Shown here piece by piece: positions 10,660 through 21,380 of a DNA stretch of 64,000 nt. Below the pieces are notes generated by a model. It ran no database searches. It was not told the DNA's origin and worked only from the letters and a program-made list of their open reading frames with translations. Position 1 is the stretch's first letter, and each line of letters opens with the position of its first letter. Both the position numbers and the translations under genes were made by a program. Source of the DNA: an uncultured Piscirickettsiaceae bacterium (GTDB lineage Bacteria; Pseudomonadota; Gammaproteobacteria; GCF-002020875); contig CAYFMX010000001.1 of assembly GCA_964344325.1 (NCBI GenBank), forward strand, positions 202,233 to 266,232, written 5' to 3'.

Positions 10660-11751
10660 ATGGGCTTTAAATGCGGAATTGTCGGGTTGCCAAACGTAGG
10701 GAAATCAACGCTCTTCAACGCGTTGACTCAATCCGGAATTGATGCGGAAAACTACCCATTCTGTACCATCGACCCCAATGTTGGCATTGTTGAGGTGCCC
10801 GATGCGCGAATCAACAAGCTGGCAGAGATCGTCAGTCCACAAAAAATCGTTCCAGCGACGATGGAATTTGTCGATATTGCAGGCCTCGTGGCAGGCGCGT
10901 CCAAAGGGGAAGGACTAGGCAATAAATTCCTCGCCAATATCCGTGAAACCGATGCGATTGCACATGTTGTGCGCTGCTTTAAGGATGAAAACATCGTCCA
11001 TGTCGCGGGCACGATCAACCCGGCAGAAGATATTGAAATTATTAATACTGAATTGGCACTGGCTGATTTGGATACTGTGGAAAAAGCATTGATACGCGTC
11101 GGGAAAAGCACCAAATCGGGCAACAAAGAGGCATTAGCACGCCAAGCCGCGCTGGAAAAAGTGCGCGAGCATCTCGACAACGGTGCGCCGGTACGTGCGA
11201 TGGAGCGCGATGAATTCACCGAAGAGACGCTGACGGAATTACACTTGCTCACTATCAAACCAACGATGTACATTGCCAATGTAACGGAAGATGGTTTTGA
11301 GGGGAATCCATATCTGGATCAGGTACGCGAAATCGCCGAAAAAGAAGGTTCAGAAGTGGTTCCAGTTTGTGCGGCGATTGAATCGGAACTCGCCGATCTT
11401 GATGACACAGAAAAAGTCGATTTCTTGCAGGAGATGGGATTGGAAGAGCCGGGGCTGAACCGTGTTATCCGCGCGGGTTATCGTCTGCTAGGGCTGCAAA
11501 CCTACTTCACCGCTGGAGTGCAGGAAGTACGTGCGTGGACAGTTCCAGTCGGCGCGACCGCGCCACAGGCAGCCGGAAAAATCCACACCGATTTTGAGCG
11601 CGGTTTTATTCGTGCCGAAGTGACCGCCTACGATGATTTTGTTGCCTGCAATGGCGAGCATGGCGCAAAAGAGGCTGGGAAGTTACGGCTAGAGGGGAAA
11701 GAATACCTTGTAAAAGATGGAGATATTGTTCATTTCCGTTTCAACGTGTAA
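10660..11751 (+). CDS. ychF: ribosome-binding ATPase YchF (Obg family)
   Basis: 363 aa, G1 motif [12 protein letters not shown] domain C-terminus. Confidence 0.9.
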   Translation: MGFKCGIVGLPNVGKSTLFNALTQSGIDAENYPFCTIDPNVGIVEVPDARINKLAEIVSPQKIVPATMEFVDIAGLVAGASKGEGLGNKFLANIRETDAIAHVVRCFKDENIVHVAGTINPAEDIEIINTELALADLDTVEKALIRVGKSTKSGNKEALARQAALEKVREHLDNGAPVRAMERDEFTEETLTELHLLTIKPTMYIANVTEDGFEGNPYLDQVREIAEKEGSEVVPVCAAIESELADLDDTEKVDFLQEMGLEEPGLNRVIRAGYRLLGLQTYFTAGVQEVRAWTVPVGATAPQAAGKIHTDFERGFIRAEVTAYDDFVACNGEHGAKEAGKLRLEGKEYLVKDGDIVHFRFNV

Positions 11752-11823
11752 ATTTAACCGCCTTTTTGTAAAAAAAATTGTTGCACACATAAGTCTGCTT
11801 TATTACAATGCGCAGCACTTTAA

Positions 11824-11900
<77 letters not shown>

Positions 11901-11911
11901 TTTATGAAAAA

Positions 11912-11942
11912 AGCCAGTCTATTGTTGACTGGCTTTTTTTTT
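11912..11942 (+). terminator. rho-independent terminator after tRNA-Met
   Basis: Hairpin agccagtc-tattgtt-gactggct followed by T9. Confidence 0.6.
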
Positions 11943-12067
11943 CGAGATAAGAAAATTACATAGTTATATGTAAATGTTATTGATTTTTTCTTCTATAAAA
12001 AATGGTATAGCTGTTAATAGTTCACTATCACCTATACCATATTTTTATTTTCAATCTATTCTTTAAT

Positions 12068-13426
12068 CTACTGCGTTATTCGGCTTCGTTTGCCTTTTTC
12101 TGGCATTTTCTGAATAACCTGCTCCTTCATTCTTTCTGCTGCCTCTTTGGTTGGATACGGGCCGACCCGCACTCGATATAATTTCTTGGCACCTGTTGTG
12201 CTTGTTTTCACAAACGCCTCAACCCCTGCTTGGCGTGCTTCTGTTAGCAATCTATATGCTTTTACTTTCTCTGCTTCAGAAAAAGTATGTAGTTGTACCA
12301 CCCAGTCAGAGTTATTTTTTGGATCGGCTTTTTCTGCTTTCTCCTCAATTTTTGTTTTTGCGAATTGAGTGGATTCTCTTACCTGTTGTTTTTTCTTCGC
12401 TAGTTTACGTAGTGTGCTTATTCCTTCTAATGCAGTTGTATTGTCTGGTTGTAATTTCAATACTTCACGGTAACGCGGCTGCGATCCGCTTATATTTTCT
12501 TTTGAAATCAATTCCTTTTCTTCTACTAAATTTTGTTCTAAATCTTGTTCAGCTTGCTGGGACTGCGTTGCATCTTTCATCATGGATTGTATATTTTTCA
12601 TCCATGCGCGTATCCCTTCATAGCGTTTTCGATCTACAATCGGTGCTCCAGAATCGTACAAACTATTTAGAATATCCGCTGCTTCCTGTAGATTACCTTG
12701 ATACAAATATGCTTCTGCACGCAACAACCACTTTTTCTGGATTCCAGGATCAGAGAAGTGACGGGGTGCTGCTTCTAAGACAGCACTTTTCGTATTCTGT
12801 GGTTCCGTAGCTGTAGAAGCAACGTTTAGAGGGATATCCTCAGCCTTTATTGTTGATACCACAACAGTGTTTCTATCTGTTGTCAATTTCGCTTTTTTTG
12901 CCGCGTTTTTTACTGGTTTTTTTGATACTGCATAATCAGTAGCAGCTTTTGATTTCTTCGATTTATTTTTCTGTGCTGACTGAGTTGATGATAGCGAATT
13001 CGTGAAATCACTTTTATCACCCATTAATGAGTGGGAGCTTACACGTTGTGTGGGAACGTAGCGATAGGTCGGTTGTGTTTTCTCTTTTGCCGCTTGTAGA
13101 GCCGCATTAATTGCGCCTTTCCCAATGCCGCTTACGACTACTTTCTTAGGTTGACCCTGATTCTTTATTTTTTGTGTTTCTTGGACAGTCTGTCTCTTGT
13201 TCTCTTTAAATTTTAGTCTGGAAGTAGGTGGTTCGTAGGATTGTCCCAACAATTCCGGTGCTACAGCGGCAACGACACCTTCAGCTTTTTCCTGCACCTC
13301 CAAAACATTTCGGTTGAATTCATTAAAATGTTTTTCTACCACCTGTTCTGGACCGCCCACACAACCACTAATAAATGTGATGGAAGCCAATGTAATACTG
13401 ACCGGAAGTTTCTGTTTACTCATCAA
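12068..13426 (-). CDS. SPOR-domain lipoprotein (peptidoglycan-binding, TPR-like middle region)
   Basis: 452 aa, lipobox ISGC, lysine-rich low-complexity linker, C-terminal SPOR-like segment (WVVQLHTFSEAEKVKAY...YRVRVGPY). Confidence 0.55.
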   Translation of the reverse strand: MMSKQKLPVSITLASITFISGCVGGPEQVVEKHFNEFNRNVLEVQEKAEGVVAAVAPELLGQSYEPPTSRLKFKENKRQTVQETQKIKNQGQPKKVVVSGIGKGAINAALQAAKEKTQPTYRYVPTQRVSSHSLMGDKSDFTNSLSSTQSAQKNKSKKSKAATDYAVSKKPVKNAAKKAKLTTDRNTVVVSTIKAEDIPLNVASTATEPQNTKSAVLEAAPRHFSDPGIQKKWLLRAEAYLYQGNLQEAADILNSLYDSGAPIVDRKRYEGIRAWMKNIQSMMKDATQSQQAEQDLEQNLVEEKELISKENISGSQPRYREVLKLQPDNTTALEGISTLRKLAKKKQQVRESTQFAKTKIEEKAEKADPKNNSDWVVQLHTFSEAEKVKAYRLLTEARQAGVEAFVKTSTTGAKKLYRVRVGPYPTKEAAERMKEQVIQKMPEKGKRSRITQ

Positions 13427-13515
13427 TCTATACCTCCTTCAACTATCTCAAATCAAAAAACTATTATTCTGTGGGAACAGTAAACGCCTTGGAGGTCAAA
13501 TTCAAACTCTCTTCC

Positions 13516-13557
13516 CAAAAACACAAAAAAATTGCCGGACGCTCTCGCCCGGCAATT
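13516..13557 (-). terminator. rho-independent terminator of the glnK-amtB operon
   Basis: On the minus strand: hairpin TTGCCGG-N10-CCGGCAA followed by a T-run, directly after the amtB stop. Confidence 0.55.
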
Positions 13558-13609
13558 CCACACCACTAACAAAACAACCTGTTGTTACAGGAAAAAAGAC
13601 AACTTAGAG

Positions 13610-14905
13610 CTACAGATAATCATACCCACGTTCCTCATGGGAAACGATATCCAAACCCTGAGTCTCCTCTTCCTGCGTCACCCGCAGACCAACCATCAAG
13701 TCCACAACTTTCAGGATGACCCAAGTCACCACTGCTGTGTAGACAAAGGTAGAGACCACACCAATCGCCTGTACACCAATCTGGCTGGAGATGGTCATCC
13801 CTTCATTCAAACCTTGACCACTAAAGACACCGAGACCACCCGCTGCGAAGAAGCCTGCCATCAACGTACCAATCATGCCGCCGACACCATGCACCGGGAA
13901 TACGTCGAGTGAATCATCGATCTTCCAGACACGCTTAACCAGTTGCACTGCGCTGAAGCAGACAATACCTGCCACGATACCGATCACCAATGCGCCACCC
14001 GGGCCAACAAAACCGGAAGCTGGGGTAATCGTACCCAAACCAGCGACCATACCGGTCACCGTACCCAACGCCGTTGGACGCTTGAACTTCATCCACTCAA
14101 TGAACATCCAGGTCATTGCACCTGCTGCTGCGGAGATATGTGTCACCAACATCGCCATCGCAGCATCGCCATTCGCTGCCAAAGCACTACCGCCGTTGAA
14201 GCCAAACCAACCAACCCACAGCATCCCAGCACCAATGACTGTGATCACCAAATTGTGTGGAGGCATCGCCGTTTTCGGGAAGCCCTTACGTGGGCCAATC
14301 ACAATCGCCGCCACCAACGCTGCAACACCGGCTGTAATGTGAACCACAGTACCGCCTGCGAAATCAAGCAAGCCCATTTCGCCTAACCAGCCACCGCCCC
14401 AGACCCAATGGGTAATCGGTGCGTAGACCGCCAGCAACCAGATCGCAGAAAACAGTACCACTGCAGAAAATTTTGTGCGCTCTGCAAAACCACCCACAAT
14501 CAAAGCTGGGGTAATGATTGCAAAGGTCATCTGGAACAGTGCAAACAGCGACTCTGGCAGATTACCGCTCAACGTCTCTTCCAGCACGCCTGCGAACATA
14601 AAGTTGGAAAGCCCGCCAATAAACGCGTTACCTTCCGAAAACGCCAAGCTGTAGCCAATCACCAGCCACAGCACGGAGGCAATTCCTGCAATGGCAAAAC
14701 ATTGCATCAATACCGACAGCACGTTTTTAGAACGCACCAAACCACCATAAAACAGTGCCAATCCTGGCAATGTCATAAACAGCACCAATGCAGTGGAGGT
14801 TAAAATCCACGCAGTATTGGCCGAATCCAGTTCCTCCGCAAACGCGAATGCCGGGAATAACGCCAGCATCGTCAGGAGGGCAAATTTTGATCTTGTCTGA
14901 ATCAT
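13610..14905 (-). CDS. amtB: ammonium transporter AmtB
   Basis: 431 aa, signal peptide, 11 TM Amt/Rh family, paired with glnK. Confidence 0.9.
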   Translation of the reverse strand: MIQTRSKFALLTMLALFPAFAFAEELDSANTAWILTSTALVLFMTLPGLALFYGGLVRSKNVLSVLMQCFAIAGIASVLWLVIGYSLAFSEGNAFIGGLSNFMFAGVLEETLSGNLPESLFALFQMTFAIITPALIVGGFAERTKFSAVVLFSAIWLLAVYAPITHWVWGGGWLGEMGLLDFAGGTVVHITAGVAALVAAIVIGPRKGFPKTAMPPHNLVITVIGAGMLWVGWFGFNGGSALAANGDAAMAMLVTHISAAAGAMTWMFIEWMKFKRPTALGTVTGMVAGLGTITPASGFVGPGGALVIGIVAGIVCFSAVQLVKRVWKIDDSLDVFPVHGVGGMIGTLMAGFFAAGGLGVFSGQGLNEGMTISSQIGVQAIGVVSTFVYTAVVTWVILKVVDLMVGLRVTQEEETQGLDIVSHEERGYDYL

Positions 14906-14936
14906 TCTTTTACTCCTAAAGTCTCCTCAAATTCCC

Positions 14937-15302
<366 letters not shown>

Positions 15303-15868
15303 TCAAAATTGATACAAATAAACAGTTAAAACAATGAATTAAATAGAAATTGATTTGAAATCAACTTGAAATTAAGTTGAGATTTATTGACTCAAACAAA
15401 TCCAGATTTGTTTGGAATCATCAAAACCAATGGTTGAAGTAGAACTTTTGCTTCAGTACGCAATCGCTAATAAAGCAACATCCATACCGTTTTTTACAAA
15501 ACCGGAATTTTTGTTCGTCCAACTGCGTGTTTCAGCACTTTTCAAACAAGATTTAGACAAGATCATGAACACACAATTGCATCCATACGGATGCAACAGC
15601 GGAATCACGCACCAATATAATGCAATCAAAATCTTCAAGAACCAAATTTGTGCAGCGCAAGATTGCAGAAAAACAGTACATCAGATAACAACCGCACCAT
15701 AACTGCGCAAAAACTGAGAAAAATTGTGGTGTTGCAGCTATTTGTGCTTGCTCCCACCAATGTGCCGATTTTTGACATAACCGCGTCCTTTCTCCATCAT
15801 CAAGCAATTCAATAGATTCATTGAATCAATGAGCGACCTATATTTGTGCATTTGGGGGATTTCAGCAC

Positions 15869-16735
15869 ATGAATTGGCATAACTGGATTCTGGTAAATGA
15901 ATTGCCGATCCGCCTCGGATTTTTCTTCGGAATTTTCGCCCTGATGGCGGTATGGGAAATTTTTGCGCCGCGACGCACACTCACCGTTCCCAAAACTGTC
16001 CGCTGGACGAACAATCTGGGACTGGTTGTTTTCAACAGCTTGATTCTGCGTTTGCTATTTCCTGTCGCAGCCGTAGGCGTTGCGCTGTTCGCCGAACAAC
16101 ACGGCTGGGGGTTGCTCAATTATTACGAGACACTATTTCCGCTCGCAATTCTGATTGCTGTGGTAGCGATGGATTTTGTGATCTGGCTACAACATGTGAT
16201 GGTGCATGCGATTCCGTTGCTATGGCGTTTGCACCGTGTGCACCACGCCGATCTTGATTTTGATGTCACTACCGGCGTGCGTTTCCATACACTGGAAATC
16301 ATCCTTTCGATGTTGATCAAATTCGCCACGATTTTGCTGCTCGGCCCACCAGTTGTAGCCGTAGTGATTTTTGAAGTGCTGCTTAATGCCACGGCGATGT
16401 TCAACCACGGCAATATCCGTTTGCCGCTCCAAGTCGACCGAATCTTACGCTGGATTATTATCACGCCAGATATGCATCGTGTGCACCATTCGGTGGAAGA
16501 TGACGAAACGAATAGCAATTTTGGCTTCAATCTGCCGTGGTGGGATCGGCTTTTTGGCACGTATCGGGATCAGCCGAGAGAAACGCACGAAAAGATGACA
16601 ATTGGCATCCACAAATACCGCGATCCCAAACAGGTCAACCGATTGCCGGAAATGCTACTATTGCCGTTTGTTGGGAAAATTTCAGGCTATACGCTCAACC
16701 GCCGTCAATGGGAGAACACAGACGAAAAACAGTAA
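15869..16735 (+). CDS. sterol desaturase / fatty acid hydroxylase family membrane protein
   Basis: 288 aa, TM helices, histidine boxes HRVHHAD and HRVHHS. Confidence 0.7.
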   Translation: MNWHNWILVNELPIRLGFFFGIFALMAVWEIFAPRRTLTVPKTVRWTNNLGLVVFNSLILRLLFPVAAVGVALFAEQHGWGLLNYYETLFPLAILIAVVAMDFVIWLQHVMVHAIPLLWRLHRVHHADLDFDVTTGVRFHTLEIILSMLIKFATILLLGPPVVAVVIFEVLLNATAMFNHGNIRLPLQVDRILRWIIITPDMHRVHHSVEDDETNSNFGFNLPWWDRLFGTYRDQPRETHEKMTIGIHKYRDPKQVNRLPEMLLLPFVGKISGYTLNRRQWENTDEKQ

Positions 16736-16910
16736 ACGCTGAGAAGCTGTTTGGAAATTCCCGAGATTAGTGCAAATCTGGGATTTTGCCGATTAAAGAG
16801 GTAACTGTCAGGTCTCGAAAGATAATATTTCAGAAAAAAGCTACTCACTCTTCCGCGCCCGGGGGAGCATGGAACATGCTTGTCAACGATCTACAACAAG
16901 GCCAGAAACG

Positions 16911-17132
16911 ATGAACATCCATCCAAAAGCCAGGATCACCTCAGCAATCCGTGCTGAAATCCAATCCTCCCACCTGTCCCAACGGAAACTGGCGGAAAAG
17001 TATAACGTGACCCGCACCACAATCCAAAAATGGCAGGGCCGTGACAGCACCGGAAATTATAGCCACCACCCACACAAGCTGAACACCACTCTGTCAGAAG
17101 CGCAGGAGGAAATGGTAGTGGAAATTCGGTAG
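16911..17132 (+). pseudogene. IS481-family transposase, N-terminal HTH fragment (truncated)
   Basis: MNIHPKARIT... resembles the IS481 transposase N-terminus; the reading frame ends at a TAG created by the first bases of the IS1-like inverted repeat. Confidence 0.5.
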
Positions 17133-17153
17133 TTTAAAACTGTTAAATGATTT

Positions 17154-17598
17154 TAAATTTCCAGTTCCTGATTATAACAGTGTATAAAAAGTCGCAAACA
17201 AACCTCGTGCATATATTCCGATTTTGAAAAAGAGAGTGTCTTGCGAACAAAACGTGCCAGACGTTGGCGGAGGGTGTTGTTCCAACGTTCAATGAAATTG
17301 GTTTCTCCACTGCCTTTTTGAGTTGTCAGATGCTAGACCCAAGGGATCGCTTCTTTGTAAGTATCCCAGCCATCAGTAATGCAGATGGCTTTCTGGTAAA
17401 CCTCCGGCATCCGTGCCTATAGCTGTTTACAGGTTTCACCGTCGCAATCGCCTAATGCCCAGGAAATGATCTACCGGGTTTCACGGCAGATAGCCAGCCA
17501 GACCCACACCTTGTTGTTTTTGCTGCCAACAAATGACCAAAGTTCATCCATTTCAACCGCCGGGTTTTTGAATGATGGGGAAAATTTCAGACTCTTTT
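17154..17598 (-). pseudogene. insB: IS1 insB-like transposase ORF, interrupted by three in-frame TAG codons
   Basis: Manual translation gives contiguous InsB-like sequence with DDE-region motifs (TDGW, IERxNxTLRQ) and three amber stops but no frameshift. Confidence 0.55.
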
Positions 17599-17910
17599 TC
17601 ACTTCCGGGAGTTCGCTGTGCTTTTTTTTAACCGTTTCGACAAAGTGGGAATACTAACCCCATAAGTCCGCTGGATACCGCTCATACTGGAGCGTTCCTG
17701 ACAGGCGCGGATGATCTCTTCCTTGCGCTCTTCTACATACTTCACTTGTGGCTCCAGAACACCGCTTGAGCCACATTCCTTGCACCGGTATTGTTGGTTC
17801 CCACAAACATTTTTCCCATTTTTGACGATCTTTTCGCTGCCACATTTCCGGTAGGTATAATTTTTGGTAATCATGAGATTGAAAATTACTGGAAATTCTA
17901 TTTTTATCAT
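17599..17910 (-). CDS. insA: IS1 InsA-like protein (zinc-finger / HTH)
   Basis: 103 aa with C-x2-C...C-x2-C and a C-terminal HTH; resembles E. coli IS1 InsA. Confidence 0.6.
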   Translation of the reverse strand: MIKIEFPVIFNLMITKNYTYRKCGSEKIVKNGKNVCGNQQYRCKECGSSGVLEPQVKYVEERKEEIIRACQERSSMSGIQRTYGVSIPTLSKRLKKSTANSRK

Positions 17911-18074
17911 TTAATAAATTCAAACTACCTAATTATGATTTGAAATATTTTTTCAAGCGATTGCCCTGTCAAAATTAGTTAAATTATAGCGATTCTCCGA
18001 TGAACAACCTATAATTATGCCGTTTGTTTTTTCAGTTTTTCTATACCTTCCAGACGAGATTTCACCTTTTGGCT

Positions 18075-19082
18075 ATGAAGATTCTAGTTGTCCGTGTAGG
18101 ACGCCTCGGCGATGTAGTGATGATCACACCAGCATTGGTAGCGATTTTTGAAGTATTTCCTAACGCAGAAGTAACTGTTTTAACCGGCCCAGACGGTGTT
18201 CCTGTATTACGTAATTTCCATCCAAATTTGAAGCAAATTTGGGTACATGACCGCAAGAAACTGTTCTCTTTTATAGACCGACACAAACAAGCTCGTAATA
18301 TTCGTCACGAGCAGTTTGACCGCATCTACAATTTCGAGATGCATCCTGACTACCGTAGAATGTTCGAAAAAAGCAGTGGACAAGTTTTTCAATTAGGTGC
18401 GCGTGCACCAGATTTACACTATTCACAGCACTGCCTCAATTTAGTGAATGCTTCCGTTGAAACAGTCATTCCACAAAAATGGGAATATCTGCCTGTCACC
18501 GAATCAGGGCGAAACAAAGCACAAACGATGCTTATGGAAGCTGGAATTTCAAGCGATGATTTTGTACTTGGCCTGCATCCCTCATTCAGTGGTCTGAACA
18601 AGGCAAAATGGCGAAACCGGCAAGACCGAATTTGGCGTCATTGGCCTCCAAAACATTTTGGAAAGCTAGCAGCTTTACTCGCCACATATGCCAAGCAGCA
18701 AAATATTCCCTTGAAAATAGTGATGTCTTTGCTTCCCCATGAACGCCCGTTGGGAGAAGAAATCCAGAATCTCTCTGGAAACCATATCAATATTTTCACG
18801 CCACCGCCCGATTTCGACTATTACAAAGCAATGATTCAACGCATGGACTTACTAGTTACCGCAAATACTGGACCGATGCATATCGCCTCTGCAATCAATA
18901 CGCCTATCATCGCACTATATGCTGGTGCTATACCAGAAGATGGTGGTCCATTTACGTCACCAGAACAATACACTGTACTGCATGCGGAGGATACAGAATA
19001 TCCAGAATTGGGAATTACGGCCATTACGCCGGAAGTAGTCTTAGAAGCAGTGATTCCTTATTTCAAAAAAACTAAAAAATAG
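18075..19082 (+). CDS. GT9 family LPS heptosyltransferase
   Basis: N-terminal KILVVRVGRLGDVVMITPAL motif typical of ADP-heptose:LPS heptosyltransferases; start moved to the internal ATG. Confidence 0.7.
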   Translation: MKILVVRVGRLGDVVMITPALVAIFEVFPNAEVTVLTGPDGVPVLRNFHPNLKQIWVHDRKKLFSFIDRHKQARNIRHEQFDRIYNFEMHPDYRRMFEKSSGQVFQLGARAPDLHYSQHCLNLVNASVETVIPQKWEYLPVTESGRNKAQTMLMEAGISSDDFVLGLHPSFSGLNKAKWRNRQDRIWRHWPPKHFGKLAALLATYAKQQNIPLKIVMSLLPHERPLGEEIQNLSGNHINIFTPPPDFDYYKAMIQRMDLLVTANTGPMHIASAINTPIIALYAGAIPEDGGPFTSPEQYTVLHAEDTEYPELGITAITPEVVLEAVIPYFKKTKK

Positions 19083-19146
19083 ATGTTTTTTAACAAATAT
19101 TCAAGCAGCAGAAAAAATCAACCGAATTAAAACCGGGTTTCTAACT

Positions 19147-19536
19147 ATGAAAATCTCAGCACCAATTTCCATTGGAGAATTAATGGATAAAATAACGATT
19201 CTTGAGATCAAACTAGAACAATTCCAGGAACGATCCAAACTGGAAAATGTAAACAAAGAGATGACTGCGCTCAAGGAAAAACTATTCAAGAAGAATGTGG
19301 ATATTGAACAAATTGAAGAAGAAGTACATAAACTCAAACAGATCAATATTCAATTGTGGGAAATTGAAGATGCAATTCGTCTAAAGGAATCAAAAAAAGA
19401 ATTTGATGAAGAATTTATTGAATTAGCACGCTCTGTCTATTTCACAAATGATGAACGTGCGGAAGTAAAAAAAGAAATCAACTTAAAACTTGATTCTGAG
19501 TTAGTAGAGGAAAAATCCTACGCAGACTACGCATAA
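19147..19536 (+). CDS. hypothetical coiled-coil protein
   Basis: 129 aa, highly charged (E/K-rich) with heptad character, no recognisable catalytic motif; wedged between two GT9 genes. Confidence 0.4.
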   Translation: MKISAPISIGELMDKITILEIKLEQFQERSKLENVNKEMTALKEKLFKKNVDIEQIEEEVHKLKQINIQLWEIEDAIRLKESKKEFDEEFIELARSVYFTNDERAEVKKEINLKLDSELVEEKSYADYA

Positions 19537-19548
19537 ACTCAAATCAAT

Positions 19549-20592
19549 ATGCGTGATTCATCAGAAAAACGGATACTGATTATCCGCAATGATAAACTGG
19601 GCGATTTCATGCTAGCGTGGCCTAGTTTTGCGATGATCAAAAAAAATTGCCCAAATTGGAAAACTTATGCGCTAGTTCCAGAATATACACGGGAAATTGC
19701 AGAAATCTGTCCCCATATTGATGAAGTGTTGATTGATCCTGCTAGCGGAAAAAACTGGAAAGATATTTTTTATCTTTCGAATTTAATCAAACATCATCAA
19801 ATTGACGTAATCATTACCCTGTTTTCAACTACAAAAATCGGCATTACCGGGCTGCTTTCTGGTGTAAAAACAAGAGTTGCACCTGCCACAAAAATCGCGC
19901 AGATTTTTTATCCACAAACACTCAAACAACGACGTTCACGTTCTGAAAAACCGGAATATGAATACAATCTAGAACTAATTCGCATATTTTTAAAAACAAG
20001 TCAAACTAACGAAATTTTAGAACCAGAAGCACCTTATCTCTCTTTTCCAGAACAAGAGCTGAAGCAAATCCGAGATTCTTTAATTCAGGAAATTATATCT
20101 AAGAAATCAATAAATTATGCAAATAAAGAGCAGCAAGACCAAGCAGATAATGAAAAAATAATTTTGATCCACCCAGGAAGTGGTGGTTCTGCAAAAAACC
20201 TCTCCTTACAGCAATATTTTTCCCTTGCAGAAAAAATTTCAGCGCGTACAAAAACAACAGTTATTTTCACTGGAGGTCCTGGAGAAAAAAATCTGCTTCA
20301 GGAAGCTGAAGAATATTTTCCTACTTTTCAATCAAAAAGTGGAATTGTGTATTTTGCAAAAGTGATTGCGTGTGCAGATTTATTTATCAGCGGATCAACG
20401 GGGACACTCCATATTGCTGGTGCACTTAACCAAAAAACAGTTGGATTTTATCCATTACGCCGCTCTGCAACAGCACTACGCTGGCAAACAATCAACCAAA
20501 AAGAAAACCGGCTTTCTTTCTCTTTGCCAGATCAAAAAGAAGATATAAATTTAGAAGAGATTTCTGAAAAAATTATTCGTTATTTTTTCTAA
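19549..20592 (+). CDS. GT9 family LPS heptosyltransferase
   Basis: 347 aa, ILIIRNDKLGDFMLAWP N-terminal motif. Confidence 0.7.
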   Translation: MRDSSEKRILIIRNDKLGDFMLAWPSFAMIKKNCPNWKTYALVPEYTREIAEICPHIDEVLIDPASGKNWKDIFYLSNLIKHHQIDVIITLFSTTKIGITGLLSGVKTRVAPATKIAQIFYPQTLKQRRSRSEKPEYEYNLELIRIFLKTSQTNEILEPEAPYLSFPEQELKQIRDSLIQEIISKKSINYANKEQQDQADNEKIILIHPGSGGSAKNLSLQQYFSLAEKISARTKTTVIFTGGPGEKNLLQEAEEYFPTFQSKSGIVYFAKVIACADLFISGSTGTLHIAGALNQKTVGFYPLRRSATALRWQTINQKENRLSFSLPDQKEDINLEEISEKIIRYFF

Positions 20593-21380
20593 GAATTTTC
20601 GTTCTTATCACGATCATTCCAACGCACCCATAGTGCCGCATATTTTGCAAAGACAGAATGCGCAGAAAGCAACGCTAATAATAAGCCTTGTTTTCCGTCC
20701 AAAAAACCTAATTTCAGAATATACATCCGAAAAAAATACCAACTCCCGTGTGAGATAGCTTGTAATAGTGATGCTTTTTTCCCTTTTTGGAACCGCTGTT
20801 CCGACCACTCTGCGGCATATTTTGCAGATTTTTCTAAATAGTGTTGTAAATCCCGATAAGTATAGTGGAGCAAATCCCCTTTTAATCGCTTGATCTGAAT
20901 ATTTTCTTTCAGGAAATAGAGCTTTTCGTGGACCCGTTCATCGCCATATTTCGCGGCATAGCAAGAATAAAACCGTATTTTAGGCGCAGGATACCACCCA
21001 CTGTGTCGGATAAAACAACCAAATACCCAAGGAAGAATATCAATTTTATATACGATATTTTGGTTGTTTTCTGAAACAATTTTTTCAATGGATTGACGAA
21101 GTTCAGGAGTGACGCGCTCATCTGCGTCAATCATTAAAATCCAATCATTTGAAGCGTAAGATTGCGCCCGTTGACGCTGTATTCCAAAACCTTTCCAGTC
21201 CGTATTTTGAAAAATTTTATCTGTGAATTCCGATGCAATCTCTAATGTACGATCTGTACTACCATTATCTAAAATAACAATTTCATCTACCCATTGCACA
21301 GATTCTAATGAAGATCGTATAGAACCTTCCTCATTTTTTACAATCAAAACAACAGATAATTTACTTTGACTGTATTTCAC
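20589..21380 (-). CDS. GT2 family glycosyltransferase (LPS core, WaaE/KdtX-like)
   Basis: 263 aa, LSVVLIVKNEE...ILDNGSTD motif and DAD (DxD). Confidence 0.7.
   Translation of the reverse strand: MKYSQSKLSVVLIVKNEEGSIRSSLESVQWVDEIVILDNGSTDRTLEIASEFTDKIFQNTDWKGFGIQRQRAQSYASNDWILMIDADERVTPELRQSIEKIVSENNQNIVYKIDILPWVFGCFIRHSGWYPAPKIRFYSCYAAKYGDERVHEKLYFLKENIQIKRLKGDLLHYTYRDLQHYLEKSAKYAAEWSEQRFQKGKKASLLQAISHGSWYFFRMYILKLGFLDGKQGLLLALLSAHSVFAKYAALWVRWNDRDKNENS

Larger units (their letters stand above)
17129..17929 (-). mobile_element. IS1-family insertion sequence (about 800 bp; insA intact, insB decayed)
   Basis: Terminal imperfect inverted repeats GGTAGTTTAAAACTGTTAAATGAT (17129-) and its partner at 17906-17929; insA-like zinc-finger ORF; A8 slippery run at the insA 3' end; insB frame recognisable (ending ...[25 protein letters not shown]). 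Confidence 0.65.

Noticed and set aside
12151-12810. 219-aa plus-strand ORF
   Set aside because: Antisense to the SPOR lipoprotein gene; Leu/Phe-rich shadow frame of an AT/lysine-codon-rich gene
13875-14803. Several 130-155-aa plus-strand ORFs
   Set aside because: Antisense to amtB; His/Cys/Thr-rich translations typical of the reverse frame of a GC-rich membrane gene
17154-17598. Three in-frame stops in insB are all TAG, raising the idea of stop-codon recoding
   Set aside because: They align to ordinary sense positions of IS1 InsB, are consistent with C-to-T decay of CAG or TGG codons, and three of three being TAG is not statistically remarkable; treated as a pseudogene
17654-17923. 89-aa minus-strand ORF overlapping insA
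   Set aside because: It is in a different frame from both insA and the InsB-homologous frame; likely spurious
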